Source: Methanobacteriota archaeon (GTDB lineage: Archaea; Thermoplasmatota; Thermoplasmata; SG8-5; JAGLSY01). Taken from it: a stretch of DNA of 64,000 nt. Numbering within the stretch: the stretch's first letter is position 1; each line of letters opens with the position of its first letter. Where the stretch lies: the NCBI GenBank assembly GCA_020697715.1, contig JAEHCO010000001.1, positions 128,001-192,000 on the forward strand, read 5' to 3'. Made by a program: the position numbers and the translations under genes. The notes beneath the pieces are model-generated. The model saw nothing but the letters and a program-made list of their open reading frames with translations, was not told the DNA's origin and ran no database searches. This document shows, in pieces, positions 18,681-27,821 of the stretch.

Positions 18681-19192
18681 GATATCACCTCGACCTTGAA
18701 CTTGTTCTTAACAAAGTTCTTGCCTTCTTCTTGACTCACTCTCTGCTTGACAGGCAGACGTCTTGGCTGCCTCCTTCTCGATATTATCCTCTTTCCCTGC
18801 CTGGAGAGGGTCACCGATACGTCAAGTCCGAATATTCCTATGTTTGGGTCATATTTCATACCCTCGAAATCTGTATAATCGGATACTCCAAATGAGAAAT
18901 TACCTTCTTTGTCGAAGGAATAGTCAGCGATTCTGTTCTCTTTGACCCAGAAAGCCCTTTTGATGAAGTCCTCGGCTTCTTCTCCACGAAGTGTGACCTT
19001 ACATCCGATCGGCATTCCTTCCCTCAATCCAAGATCCTTGTTAGTGGTCCTGGATATTGTTCTGACCGATTTCCTCTTGGTGAGCATTCCCATCACTTTC
19101 TCTGCCTTCATGAGCTTTTCACCACCTTCACCAACACCCATGTTGATGACGGCTTTTTCAACTTTTATCATCCTTGATTTACCACTGCTCAT
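18677..19192 (-). CDS. rpl5: 50S ribosomal protein uL5
   Basis: [42 protein letters not shown]. Confidence 0.95.
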   Translation of the reverse strand: MSSGKSRMIKVEKAVINMGVGEGGEKLMKAEKVMGMLTKRKSVRTISRTTNKDLGLREGMPIGCKVTLRGEEAEDFIKRAFWVKENRIADYSFDKEGNFSFGVSDYTDFEGMKYDPNIGIFGLDVSVTLSRQGKRIISRRRQPRRLPVKQRVSQEEGKNFVKNKFKVEVIS

Positions 19193-19899
19193 TCTCTCAC
19201 CGCCTCTGGTATTGACATGGACTGAGTCTTCTCACCTATAGCGAAGACATATGGCTTGATGGTCGAAAATCCCTCTTTGAACTTCAACAGGTTGGGTTTT
19301 GGATTCCTTGTTGCCTCATAGCTCTCTATCTCGCAGATCTGGCCAATATGACCTCCGCCTATGAGATAGACCTTGTTGCCTGGTTTCATATCATATGATT
19401 CCAAGATCTTCTGGGAAGGTAATTCGATCTTCAGAACAGTGCCAGTGGAATACTGGTTCTTGTCCAAGATTATGTTCCTTCCATCATGAAGATTGAGCTG
19501 AACCTTGCCTTTCTTCAAAGAGGTCTTGTTCTCGATCCTGGAAAGTTTCCATTTGGCCTCATCTTTCGATATGCGCATTGTCTGGAACTTACCATTATTG
19601 TCTATCAATAATCTGAAATATTCCTTGGTTTCAGGAATGGATATAACGTCCATAAGACCAACTGGGATCTTATAATCCCTTGCTGGTTTACCATCGATCA
19701 ATATCTTTCTCTCACCGATTATCCTTCTTGCCTCACGGGATGTGTCACAGCATTTGATCATGTCCCTAAGAAGAACTACCAATGGAACGCTCCTCTGTAT
19801 CGGGTGGGCTCCTGGTGATGCTTTAGCGATCCACACTATCCCCTTCCTTGGAACTGGGATAATCGTTGGTGTGGTCAATCTCTTCATATGTTTGCTCAT
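19189..19899 (-). CDS. rps4e: 30S ribosomal protein eS4
   Basis: MSKHMKRL, SPGAHP, QLNLHDGRNI, GGGHIG. Confidence 0.95.
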   Translation of the reverse strand: MSKHMKRLTTPTIIPVPRKGIVWIAKASPGAHPIQRSVPLVVLLRDMIKCCDTSREARRIIGERKILIDGKPARDYKIPVGLMDVISIPETKEYFRLLIDNNGKFQTMRISKDEAKWKLSRIENKTSLKKGKVQLNLHDGRNIILDKNQYSTGTVLKIELPSQKILESYDMKPGNKVYLIGGGHIGQICEIESYEATRNPKPNLLKFKEGFSTIKPYVFAIGEKTQSMSIPEAVRE

Positions 19900-19900
19900 T

Positions 19901-20290
19901 CTAGATCCCTCCATTCACTTTGGCCTCGAAATCCTCAAGCTTGGCCTTTCTCATTGGATCGGAAAGGTTCAACTTAACTATCAATAAATTAGATGGATGG
20001 ATTTTTTTACTGACCTCTGATGCATCGGCTTTTTTGATATTGATACCCTCGAGAGAAACTTTCATTTCTTTCGTAAGTATCGTTACAACCTCGGCTTCCT
20101 TGTCCTTTATTTCGGCATCGCCACGCATTATCCTGACAATATCGCCTTTGACGACAGGGATGCTCCTGATGCCATACTTCTTACGCAATTCCTCTGAAAG
20201 GTGAGAGGTTATGAATTTCCTCTTCTGGTGGAGAGGGGCATTGTACAGAGCCTTTCTCTGTGATCTTGCATGTTTACTTGTTGTGCTCAT
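19901..20290 (-). CDS. rpl24: 50S ribosomal protein uL24
   Basis: QRKALYNAPLH, LSEELRKKYG, KGDIVRIMRG, IHPSNL. Confidence 0.95.
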   Translation of the reverse strand: MSTTSKHARSQRKALYNAPLHQKRKFITSHLSEELRKKYGIRSIPVVKGDIVRIMRGDAEIKDKEAEVVTILTKEMKVSLEGINIKKADASEVSKKIHPSNLLIVKLNLSDPMRKAKLEDFEAKVNGGI

Positions 20291-20299
20291 AGAAATCCC

Positions 20300-20698
20300 T
20301 CACACTATTGTTGAAGCAGTGGCCGCTATCCTTGGCCATCTCTCTGCTGCCTCTCTAGCTACAGGGCCCTTGATATCGGATCCCTTGGTCTCTCCTGTCT
20401 CTGTCATGATCACACAGGCATTGTCATCGAACTGGACCATTGTACCATCTGGTCTTCTGAATGGTCTTCTCTGTCTAACGATGACAGCCCTTAGTATCTG
20501 CCTTCTCATCTCTGGTGTGCCTTTCTTGACACTGACGACTAATATATCACCGACTCCAGCGGAGGGATAACGCCTGTGAGTACCGTGATATTTTGGAACA
20601 GCAATGATCTCGACTATCTTCGCACCAGTATTATCGACACAATTCAATCGAGCTCCATTTGGAAGACCTCTCATCTGCTTACCTGGTATGCCCTTCAT
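20300..20698 (-). CDS. rpl14: 50S ribosomal protein uL14
   Basis: [38 protein letters not shown]. Confidence 0.95.
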   Translation of the reverse strand: MKGIPGKQMRGLPNGARLNCVDNTGAKIVEIIAVPKYHGTHRRYPSAGVGDILVVSVKKGTPEMRRQILRAVIVRQRRPFRRPDGTMVQFDDNACVIMTETGETKGSDIKGPVAREAAERWPRIAATASTIV

Positions 20699-21114
20699 TT
20701 GCTCCCTCCATCAATGTTCTCGATAATGACATACGAAATATTCTTGCTCAAAGGCCTACATTCCATGATCTTAACATGATCACCAGTTGTGACCCCGAGA
20801 CATGGTGGATTATGAACCATATATTTGCCTGAGCGTTTCTCGAACCTCTCGTATTTCTCGATCTTTCTCTGGTACTCCCTTCTGACAACCGCAGAATTCT
20901 GCATCTTGTCAGAGACCACGATACCATCCAGTATCTGTCCCCTGACACTCAATGTTCCGTGGAACGGGCAGAACTGGTCATCGCAGGTCTTTGTCGGTAG
21001 CTTCACATCTATACCAATATCCAGCTTCTTTTTAGCTATCTTAGGTTTGCTGGCCTTCGTGGTCTTTTTGCTTGCTGTCTTTTTTGTTGTCGTCTTTGCT
21101 TTGGATTCAGCCAA
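20695..21114 (-). CDS. rps17: 30S ribosomal protein uS17
   Basis: [31 protein letters not shown]; TTG start; K/T-rich N-terminal extension. Confidence 0.95.
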   Translation of the reverse strand: MAESKAKTTTKKTASKKTTKASKPKIAKKKLDIGIDVKLPTKTCDDQFCPFHGTLSVRGQILDGIVVSDKMQNSAVVRREYQRKIEKYERFEKRSGKYMVHNPPCLGVTTGDHVKIMECRPLSKNISYVIIENIDGGSK

Positions 21115-21167
21115 ATTAATCCCTCCTTTGGCTATATACTAATATATTGAATTGTAAGATTATCATA

Positions 21168-21440
21168 TTACATCACCCTCTTCACTTTCTTGGTGCGATC
21201 CTCGGGTCGGAAGCTTATTTGATCCCCATTCATTCTGATCTTGCTGTCATCCAGCAGGAAATCAAAATAATGGCCATGTTTAGCTATTCGGTTGTCTCTG
21301 CCCTGGGTCTCGAGGACAAAGGTGTTCTTTGTCTCATCGACCACCCGTCCCTCATTTGCCAATTCCATTGAACTGGCCCTGTAGACCTGGACATTGAGCC
21401 CGATCAGCTCATGGTTACCGAGATTCTTCGCATTCCTCAT
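21168..21440 (-). CDS. rnp1: Ribonuclease P protein component 1 (Rpp29/Pop4)
   Basis: HELIGLNVQV, GRVVDETKNT, RPEDRTKK; canonical position before S17. Confidence 0.9.
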   Translation of the reverse strand: MRNAKNLGNHELIGLNVQVYRASSMELANEGRVVDETKNTFVLETQGRDNRIAKHGHYFDFLLDDSKIRMNGDQISFRPEDRTKKVKRVM

Positions 21441-21443
21441 TTA

Positions 21444-21743
21444 TTATCCCTCATCAACAGTGAAGCCCATTCCTTCGAGAGTTGCCTTCACTTTCTTTTT
21501 ATGATCGCCCTGGAGCTCGATCTTTCCATCCTTTATGGTTCCTCCAGCCGCACACTTAGTCTTAAGCACCCTGGCCAAGTCATCGATATCGATGTCCCCG
21601 CTGTCTATGCCTTCAACTATGGTCACGAACTTACCATATCTTCTACGATCTGTAAGGAGTCTGATCTGCTGCTGTTCTCTGGCTATCTCCTCGCACATGC
21701 AGAGTTCTTCTGGGAGCCCACAGGTTGAACACACGCCAGCCAT
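21444..21743 (-). CDS. sui1: Translation initiation factor SUI1 (aIF1)
   Basis: [36 protein letters not shown]. Confidence 0.93.
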   Translation of the reverse strand: MAGVCSTCGLPEELCMCEEIAREQQQIRLLTDRRRYGKFVTIVEGIDSGDIDIDDLARVLKTKCAAGGTIKDGKIELQGDHKKKVKATLEGMGFTVDEG

Positions 21744-21943
21744 TATTGCTTAGCCTCCTTATTTATGGTCATTATTCGAGCGATGTTCTTTCTGATAGCC
21801 CTGATCTTTCCTGGACTGGCTGGAGCACCACCCATGGCAGCTACTCCTCGCTCATGCATCAGATCGGCCTTCAGACGTTTCAGCCTCTCATCCCTCTCTT
21901 CTTGACTCAATTCTCTGAGTTCATTGGTCCTAAGAAGTGCCAT
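21743..21943 (-). CDS. rpl29: 50S ribosomal protein uL29
   Basis: [26 protein letters not shown]. Confidence 0.95.
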   Translation of the reverse strand: MALLRTNELRELSQEERDERLKRLKADLMHERGVAAMGGAPASPGKIRAIRKNIARIMTINKEAKQ

Positions 21944-22824
21944 TAATCACCCTCCTTTGGTTTCTCTTCGGCCTTTGGTTTTGGTTCTTCAGTAGGTGCG
22001 GCCTTGGGTTCCTCTGCAGGCTTTGGTTCTTTTACAGCAGGAGCTGGCTTTTCTTCAACCTTCTCTTTGGCATCAGCCTTCTTCTTTTCAGCCTTAGCAG
22101 CCTTCTTTTCAGCCCTCTTTCCTTTCTTCTCTGTTTTCTCAGGCTTCACGTCCTCTACTGGTTTCTCAGCAGGGACATCTGCAGGCTCTGATGGCTTCGC
22201 TTCAGGTTCTACTTGAGCAGCGAGGGCACTGGGTTTGATAACACTGACCTCGTCTGGTAATCTTGCATTTGGATGCATGATCTGGACCTTCACTCCTATA
22301 ACGCCAGCCTTAAGCTTGGCAACTGAAAATCCTTCTTCCATCCATTTGATCTTTGGATCTCCACAGAACTTGATGTGGCCTTCTTTGAACTTTTCCATTC
22401 TGTGTCTGTTACCAGTGAGCTTACCAGATATAATGATCTGACAGCCTCTGGCTTTGGCGCCCATGATCCTTCTCACGGTGGAGTGGCCAGCCCTTCTGAA
22501 ATGCCAGCCTCTTTCCAGAGCTGCTGCGAGCTTCTCGGCCATTATTTGAGCATTGAGATTTGGATTCTTGACCTCTATGACCTCGATCTGTGGCTTGTCG
22601 AACTTGAATTTGAATTCAACAGCCTCGGTCAACATCTTGATTGTGGACCCTCTTCGTCCAATGACCAGACCAGGCCTCTCGGTCAATAATGTCACTCTGG
22701 TTCCCATGGGGGTCCTTTGAATGTCAATGCCTCCGAATCCAGCCCTTTTGACCTCTTTCATGAAGTACTCTTTCAACAGAACACGTCTAATGTTCTCCGT
22801 CACAAACTTTCTTTCTCCGGCCAA
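21943..22824 (-). CDS. rps3: 30S ribosomal protein uS3 with a ~95-aa E/K/P/A-rich C-terminal tail
   Basis: RPGLVIGRRG KH motif, LERGWHFRRAG, GVIGVKVQIM; TTG start. Confidence 0.95.
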   Translation of the reverse strand: MAGERKFVTENIRRVLLKEYFMKEVKRAGFGGIDIQRTPMGTRVTLLTERPGLVIGRRGSTIKMLTEAVEFKFKFDKPQIEVIEVKNPNLNAQIMAEKLAAALERGWHFRRAGHSTVRRIMGAKARGCQIIISGKLTGNRHRMEKFKEGHIKFCGDPKIKWMEEGFSVAKLKAGVIGVKVQIMHPNARLPDEVSVIKPSALAAQVEPEAKPSEPADVPAEKPVEDVKPEKTEKKGKRAEKKAAKAEKKKADAKEKVEEKPAPAVKEPKPAEEPKAAPTEEPKPKAEEKPKEGD

Positions 22825-22826
22825 GT

Positions 22827-23285
22827 TCAGTCCTCCATGATCTCTAATATAATCTCTACATTCGTGGTCTCTTCATTGAAAGGTGTCGCTCTTCCATGAG
22901 CTCTCTGTATCCAGCCAGGAAGTATTCGGCCTTTGTAAGCTGCAGCTGTGGATATCCTTAGCTCGTCCATGTCTGGATGGCCTAATTCATCTCTGTGTTC
23001 TGCATTTGCGACCGCAGCCTCTATGACCTTCAATATCTGTTTGGAAGCTTTGACCGGATATCTTCCGCCAGCTCCCTCTTTCCTGTGAGGCACACATTTA
23101 TTGTACCTCTTGTATGGAATGGACCTTTTCAAAATGATGACATCTTCGAGAAGCTCGATAGCGTCCTCGACCACCATTCCTCTGATCCTTCTGCATATCT
23201 CATTTGATGCTCTTGGAGATATCTTCAGTTCCTTTCCGTAAGCCCTTGCCATTGTTTCCTTATTGTAATGTCCGCTGTATCCCAT
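22827..23285 (-). CDS. rpl22: 50S ribosomal protein uL22
   Basis: ELKISPR, GRYPVKA, RAHGRATP. Confidence 0.95.
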   Translation of the reverse strand: MGYSGHYNKETMARAYGKELKISPRASNEICRRIRGMVVEDAIELLEDVIILKRSIPYKRYNKCVPHRKEGAGGRYPVKASKQILKVIEAAVANAEHRDELGHPDMDELRISTAAAYKGRILPGWIQRAHGRATPFNEETTNVEIILEIMED

Positions 23286-23294
23286 TTTCTCACC

Positions 23295-23759
23295 TCACTT
23301 CAATGGCATGAACTTGGATGATTTGGTAGCACCCACACCTGGTCCTGAATGTTTGACAGAGTTTCTGGTCAATGAATATTCACCGAGGTAATGACCTATC
23401 ATTTCTGGCCTTATCTCGACTTCTTTGTAATCTTTTCCATTGTATATGGCGATCGTCTTTCCTACGAAAGAAGGTAGGATCACGATAGCTCTTCTATGTG
23501 TTCTTACGGGCTTATTTGAGCTCATCAATCGGTCTATGAAGGCCTGCTCTTCAGTGTTGAGGCCACGACCATATGAGCGTCTTGCTCTTGCAGGTAGAAG
23601 CGGCAGAACCTCATCCAAGGTCATTTTTTGGAGCTCTTCAAGGGTGAAGCCACGGAATGTGAACTCCTTCTTACGCCTTGCCGCTATTGCTCCCTTCTTC
23701 TTCCTCGCCTTTCTCCTTGCTGCTTTGGGCGTGCTTCCACGGACTACTTTCCTAGCCAT
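23295..23759 (-). CDS. rps19: 30S ribosomal protein uS19
   Basis: EFTFRG, PARARRS, RTHRR, PEMIGHYLGE, GATKSSKFMPLK. Confidence 0.95.
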   Translation of the reverse strand: MARKVVRGSTPKAARRKARKKKGAIAARRKKEFTFRGFTLEELQKMTLDEVLPLLPARARRSYGRGLNTEEQAFIDRLMSSNKPVRTHRRAIVILPSFVGKTIAIYNGKDYKEVEIRPEMIGHYLGEYSLTRNSVKHSGPGVGATKSSKFMPLK

Positions 23760-23761
23760 AT

Positions 23762-24463
23762 CTACTTCCTCCTGCTCTTCTTCTTAGGTGCAATATTTCC
23801 AACTTTTCTTCCAGGTGGAGCATGCCTTGATACCGAGCTTTGCGTACCGACATGAGGATGATTTCCTCCACCATGAGGGTGGTTTACCGGGTTCATTGCA
23901 AGACCCTTCACCTTGAAGTTTCTCTTTGCAAGACTTCTGTAACAATGATGTGTTTTTCCAGCCTTTGCAAATGGTTTCTCATTACGACCTGAGCCAGCAA
24001 CTATGCCGACAGTCGCTCTGCATCTCAAATTGAATGGTTTGAAAACACCAGAGGGCATCTGGATCATGACATCCTTTCCTCTGCTTATGACCATACCGGA
24101 TGTTCCAGCGGTCTTTATGAATTTACCACCATCACCAGGGATCGATTCGATATTGTGTACCATCGTACCCTCTGGGATCTCACCCAATGGAAGAATGTTG
24201 CCAAGCTCGATCTCTGAGCCGGATCCAGCATTGACCGTCTGACCCACTCTCAGGCCTTCAGGTGCAATTATCAATACCTGGCCAGATTCATACTTGACCT
24301 TGGCCATTGGCGAGCTTCTTCCTGGTGCGTGGAACAGATCGATGACCTTTCCCTCGCCCTTGAGGCCACGCGGGTATGTTGGTTTTCCCTTATGCCTGTG
24401 GCTTGGTGATCTGTAAGTACTGCTTCCTTTTCCTCTCCTCTGCGGAATTATACGTTTACCCAT
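23762..24463 (-). CDS. rpl2: 50S ribosomal protein uL2
   Basis: MGKRIIPQRRGKG, AMNPVNHPHGGGNH, APPGRKVG. Confidence 0.95.
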   Translation of the reverse strand: MGKRIIPQRRGKGSSTYRSPSHRHKGKPTYPRGLKGEGKVIDLFHAPGRSSPMAKVKYESGQVLIIAPEGLRVGQTVNAGSGSEIELGNILPLGEIPEGTMVHNIESIPGDGGKFIKTAGTSGMVISRGKDVMIQMPSGVFKPFNLRCRATVGIVAGSGRNEKPFAKAGKTHHCYRSLAKRNFKVKGLAMNPVNHPHGGGNHPHVGTQSSVSRHAPPGRKVGNIAPKKKSRRK

Positions 24464-24474
24464 TTTGACACCAC

Positions 24475-24753
24475 CTAGAATATACCGATCCTCATCGCGA
24501 GATCCTCAGCCGAATGCTCCGCAGTCAGCTTTATGATGGCATGCTTACCATCCTTTAGGATCCTTGTATTTACCTTTTCCACCTTTACTTCGAAAAGTTC
24601 TTCAAATGCCTTCTTTATCTCTGGTTTTGAAGCCTCTCTGCGAACTATGAACTCGATCCTGTTTCCATCTGTATTGTTTTGAAGGGGTGTACCCAGAAGG
24701 GCATTCATCGTCTTTTCGCTCACATATGGATGCAAAAGTATGTCTCCTTTCAT
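24475..24753 (-). CDS. rpl23: 50S ribosomal protein uL23
   Basis: HPYVSEK, ASKPEIKKAFEELFEVKVEKVNT, AMRIGIF. Confidence 0.93.
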   Translation of the reverse strand: MKGDILLHPYVSEKTMNALLGTPLQNNTDGNRIEFIVRREASKPEIKKAFEELFEVKVEKVNTRILKDGKHAIIKLTAEHSAEDLAMRIGIF

Positions 24754-24757
24754 CAAT

Positions 24758-25726
24758 TCACTCTCCCAATGTCTTTAAAGCGCTTTCTGTGAATATGGTC
24801 AATCTTCCTGGATCCCCACCGGGAGCTAGTAGCTCCACGCTTAACTGTGCTGGCGTAGCGACATCCACTCCAGGGATGTTTCTCACACACTTTGCAACAT
24901 TGTCTTTCTCAGAGACTACGAAAAGAATGCTCGTTGGCCTCTTGTAACGCCTGCCTCTCATCTTGCCTTTCCCAGCCCTGACATGCTTACCATCTATTGA
25001 ACGCTGGATCTCATCTCCCAATCCAAGATCATTGAGGATCTTAATTGTCTCTTTTGTGAATTTCTGGTCCTCTTTATTTGGATTGTCCTTTACTATATCT
25101 ACTGAAAGGGATTCGAATCTGTCCTCGATAACAAGTGGGAGGGTCATTTCATCAGTTATCCTATGTCCCCTTGCCTTTACCACATCAGGGTTCATCAATG
25201 CAGCCAATGCGGAATTCAGAGCCAGTCTCTTTTCCTTTTTATTGATCTTCTGTGACCAATCCTTCTCAGGTCTTGGAGGGTGTGCTCTTCGACCACCGAC
25301 ATTTGGTGGTGATTCGACTGCTGTTCTTCCCTGGGTCATCCTCTGAACCCTGGCTGTTCCACGGCCCTTGCCCCATTGTGACGCGGCATGCCTCATACCT
25401 GCCATTTGACCTGGCCCATATGGCTGTCTTCTGTTTCCCTGTGCGGCCTTCACTGCCCTTCTTATGAGGTCAGGTCTCAGGTCGCTCTGGAATACTGTTG
25501 GTAGGTCTGCTTGGCGAAGTACACTTCCACCCAGTGAATAAACATTAACAGTTGGTCCGGTTGACTTCTTGGCCTTTGGTTTGGAAGCCTGCTTTTTAAC
25601 GGCCTTCTTTTTTGGTGCGGCCTTGGTCACTGGTTTGGCAGTTGCCTTAGCTGCTGTCTTTGGTGCAGCTTTGGTATCTGGTTTAGCTGCTGCCTTGGTC
25701 TTGGTTGTCTTGGTTTCTTCAGCCAT
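24758..25726 (-). CDS. rpl4: 50S ribosomal protein uL4 with a ~57-aa K/A/T-rich N-terminal extension
   Basis: RPDLIRRAV, WGKGRGTARV, VGGRRAHPP, RAGKGKMRGRRY, LAPGGDPGRL. Confidence 0.95.
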   Translation of the reverse strand: MAEETKTTKTKAAAKPDTKAAPKTAAKATAKPVTKAAPKKKAVKKQASKPKAKKSTGPTVNVYSLGGSVLRQADLPTVFQSDLRPDLIRRAVKAAQGNRRQPYGPGQMAGMRHAASQWGKGRGTARVQRMTQGRTAVESPPNVGGRRAHPPRPEKDWSQKINKKEKRLALNSALAALMNPDVVKARGHRITDEMTLPLVIEDRFESLSVDIVKDNPNKEDQKFTKETIKILNDLGLGDEIQRSIDGKHVRAGKGKMRGRRYKRPTSILFVVSEKDNVAKCVRNIPGVDVATPAQLSVELLAPGGDPGRLTIFTESALKTLGE

Positions 25727-25731
25727 TTATC

Positions 25732-26727
25732 TCAGCCTCCCTGTTTTGATTCTGTTGAAATGTAGGTCAACTCAGGTGACTCCACCTTTGCAGCCCACTG
25801 AGATCTCGTTGGATCCCTGAACCTTATCAATCTCTTTATTGGACCTGGAACAGATCCATGAAGTATAATGTATGAATTATTGACAACACCATAGTGAAGG
25901 AATCCACCATTCGGGGTTATCTCACTTCCATCTGACCCGACCTTCAACACCCTCTTGTTGTACTCGGTCCTCTGGTGATATCCCATCTGACCTGCCTGAG
26001 GTACAGTTGGCCTGACATACCCTGGACTCTTTGGACCCAGTGTACCGATCATTCTTCGGTGCTTGCTGTTCTTGTGATCCAGAAGCTTAACTCCCCATCT
26101 CTTTGTGTGACCCTGGAAACCATATCCAGTTGTAACAGCTGCAACATCTATCATGTCACCACCCTTTGTCCATTCCTCGATAGTGATCTCTTTACCCAGG
26201 ATGGATTTCGCATATTCCACCCTCTCGGAGATGGTTCCACCGCCGATCCTGGTCTCCATAAGCTCTGGAGTTTTCTTTGGGATCCCTGAGACTAGTTTTG
26301 GCATGGTCTGGACAAGTATTCGAACATCTTCCAGATCGACCTCATTGAAGTCAAAATTAGTACCTTTTCCTTTTGCTGGCACAGGCACTCTTCGGCTCAG
26401 TTCCTTATCAAGCTTTTTGGCCCATATCTGACCCATGGTCTTCATGCCATAGGCATCCCTGCGGTAGAACTTGATCGCCACCACTTTCATTGGCGGTGTT
26501 TCTATAACCGTTATAGGGACCTGGACCTCTTGTCCAGATGTCGTGCTCTTTGGCCTGTAATCTACTACAAAAGCATGGCTCATTCCAGCCTTGTATCCTG
26601 CAAATCCCTGTATCCTGGGACCCTCTTTGCATTCAGGCCATGAGCTAAACTTGGGTGTTTCGTTCCTGGCCCTCTTCCTTGGTGAGTAGCCCCTAGAACC
26701 CTTCTTAGGTCTATTTGGATGTGACAT
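25732..26727 (-). CDS. rpl3: 50S ribosomal protein uL3
   Basis: RPKKGSRGYSPRKRA, FAGYKAGM, AGQMGYHQRTEYNK, GSVPGP. ATG 26727 follows SD GGAGG; the ORF-track start 26742 is less likely. Confidence 0.95.
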   Translation of the reverse strand: MSHPNRPKKGSRGYSPRKRARNETPKFSSWPECKEGPRIQGFAGYKAGMSHAFVVDYRPKSTTSGQEVQVPITVIETPPMKVVAIKFYRRDAYGMKTMGQIWAKKLDKELSRRVPVPAKGKGTNFDFNEVDLEDVRILVQTMPKLVSGIPKKTPELMETRIGGGTISERVEYAKSILGKEITIEEWTKGGDMIDVAAVTTGYGFQGHTKRWGVKLLDHKNSKHRRMIGTLGPKSPGYVRPTVPQAGQMGYHQRTEYNKRVLKVGSDGSEITPNGGFLHYGVVNNSYIILHGSVPGPIKRLIRFRDPTRSQWAAKVESPELTYISTESKQGG

Positions 26728-26760
26728 ATTTAATTCCTCCATTTCATTTCGGAATTTTGC

Positions 26761-26975
26761 TTATACGAATCGGATTCGCATAACCAATTCACCTCCTAAA
26801 TCAATAGGAGATTTTGAGCATCACCTTTCGACCGTGACGATTCAATCACCCTCCAAAAACCCATCGTTTGGGGGCGCGCTGGGTATGTTTCCATTAACCC
26901 ATATCGTGTGGTCGAGTAAGCGGCGTAAATCAGATGCATTTTACATCTGGCAAACACACTGCTCTATTCTATGGT
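26761..26975 (-). promoter_or_regulatory. Structured 5' leader of the L3 operon (candidate r-leader) containing a 6-codon uORF
   Basis: TATA-like TTTAAATA near 27000 on the minus strand; nested stems including a three-way junction at 26828-26915 with a GAAA tetraloop; G-U pairs are valid on the minus strand. Confidence 0.65.
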
Positions 26976-27134
26976 ACTTTCAGGGCATACTGCTTTTGTA
27001 TTTAAAGATATGGGTCATTTCATAGTAATTAATTAAAATATATAATGTGATTATTCAAATATACTATATATATAGGGGAAAAGGCATCAATAATAAAAAA
27101 GTATTTATGCCCGAAGAACAAGGGGGTCTTCCCT

Positions 27135-27533
27135 ATGGAAGAGCTAAAGAAAATATTGTTCATTTGTGTTGGTAATTCGTGCAGGAGCCAGATGGCTGAA
27201 GGTTTTGCGAATTATTATGGCAAAGATAAGGTCACCACAAGCAGTGCGGGCACACGACCAGCTCACTCAGTCAACTTGCAAGCAGTGGAGGTCATGAAAG
27301 AGCGAGGCATCGACATATCCGCCCACGAGCCAGACCTTATAACTGTCGGCCTTTTGGAGGAAGCTGACATCATTATCTCGATGGGATGCGGGGTGCAGGA
27401 ATCATGTCCAGTGCCTCTTGTAGACTGTGAGGATTGGGGACTGGAAGATCCATATGGCCAGTCCGATGACAAATACCGTGAGATAAGGGATCTGATCGAG
27501 GAATTGGTGAAAGAACTTATTCGGAATTTATAA
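27135..27533 (+). CDS. arsC: Arsenate reductase (LMW-PTPase family)
   Basis: LFICVGNSCRSQMAEG, SAGT, MGCG..ESCP, DWGLEDP. Confidence 0.88.
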   Translation: MEELKKILFICVGNSCRSQMAEGFANYYGKDKVTTSSAGTRPAHSVNLQAVEVMKERGIDISAHEPDLITVGLLEEADIIISMGCGVQESCPVPLVDCEDWGLEDPYGQSDDKYREIRDLIEELVKELIRNL

Positions 27534-27535
27534 TA

Positions 27536-27630
27536 AAAAAGGTGCTTCCGGCGGAATTCATCAACTTGGCTGGCTAACCAAGTCTCGCTCGCAATTATCA
27601 TTGCTCGTGAATCTACGATCCAAATCCGCC
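27536..27630 (-). repeat. tRNA-Glu 3'-end echo: inverted copy, hairpins and direct copy
   Basis: TGCTTCCGGCGGAATT at 27543-27558 repeats 27648-27663; GATCCAAATCCGCC at 27617-27630 is an inverted, imperfect copy of the T-arm region. Confidence 0.85.
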
Positions 27631-27647
27631 TATTAAAGAAAAAAAGA

Positions 27648-27720
27648 TGCTTCCGGCGGAATTTGAATCCGCGTCGAAGCCTCGAGAGGGCTTCATGATT
27701 GGCCACTACACTACGGAAGC
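27648..27720 (-). tRNA. tRNA-Glu(CTC)
   Basis: GCTTCCG/CGGAAGC acceptor, anticodon arm AAGCC-CTCTCGA-GGCTT, T arm GCGGA-TTCAAAT-TCCGC. Confidence 0.95.
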
Positions 27721-27821
27721 ATATCTGATCATTCTATTTAGGCGGTAATCCCATTGATTACTTAAGATTTACTTATCATCAAGGAATAGTTTTTAGTATC
27801 CCCTCCAACTCACCCCATCCT

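Noticed and set aside
26834-27025. 63-aa plus-strand ORF upstream of rpl3
   Set aside because: It is antisense to the structured leader, with no SD and no recognisable protein features.
27135-27663. tRNA-integrated genomic island carrying arsC
   Set aside because: The duplicated tRNA end lies between the tRNA and arsC, so arsC is outside the repeats; no integrase is present in the window.
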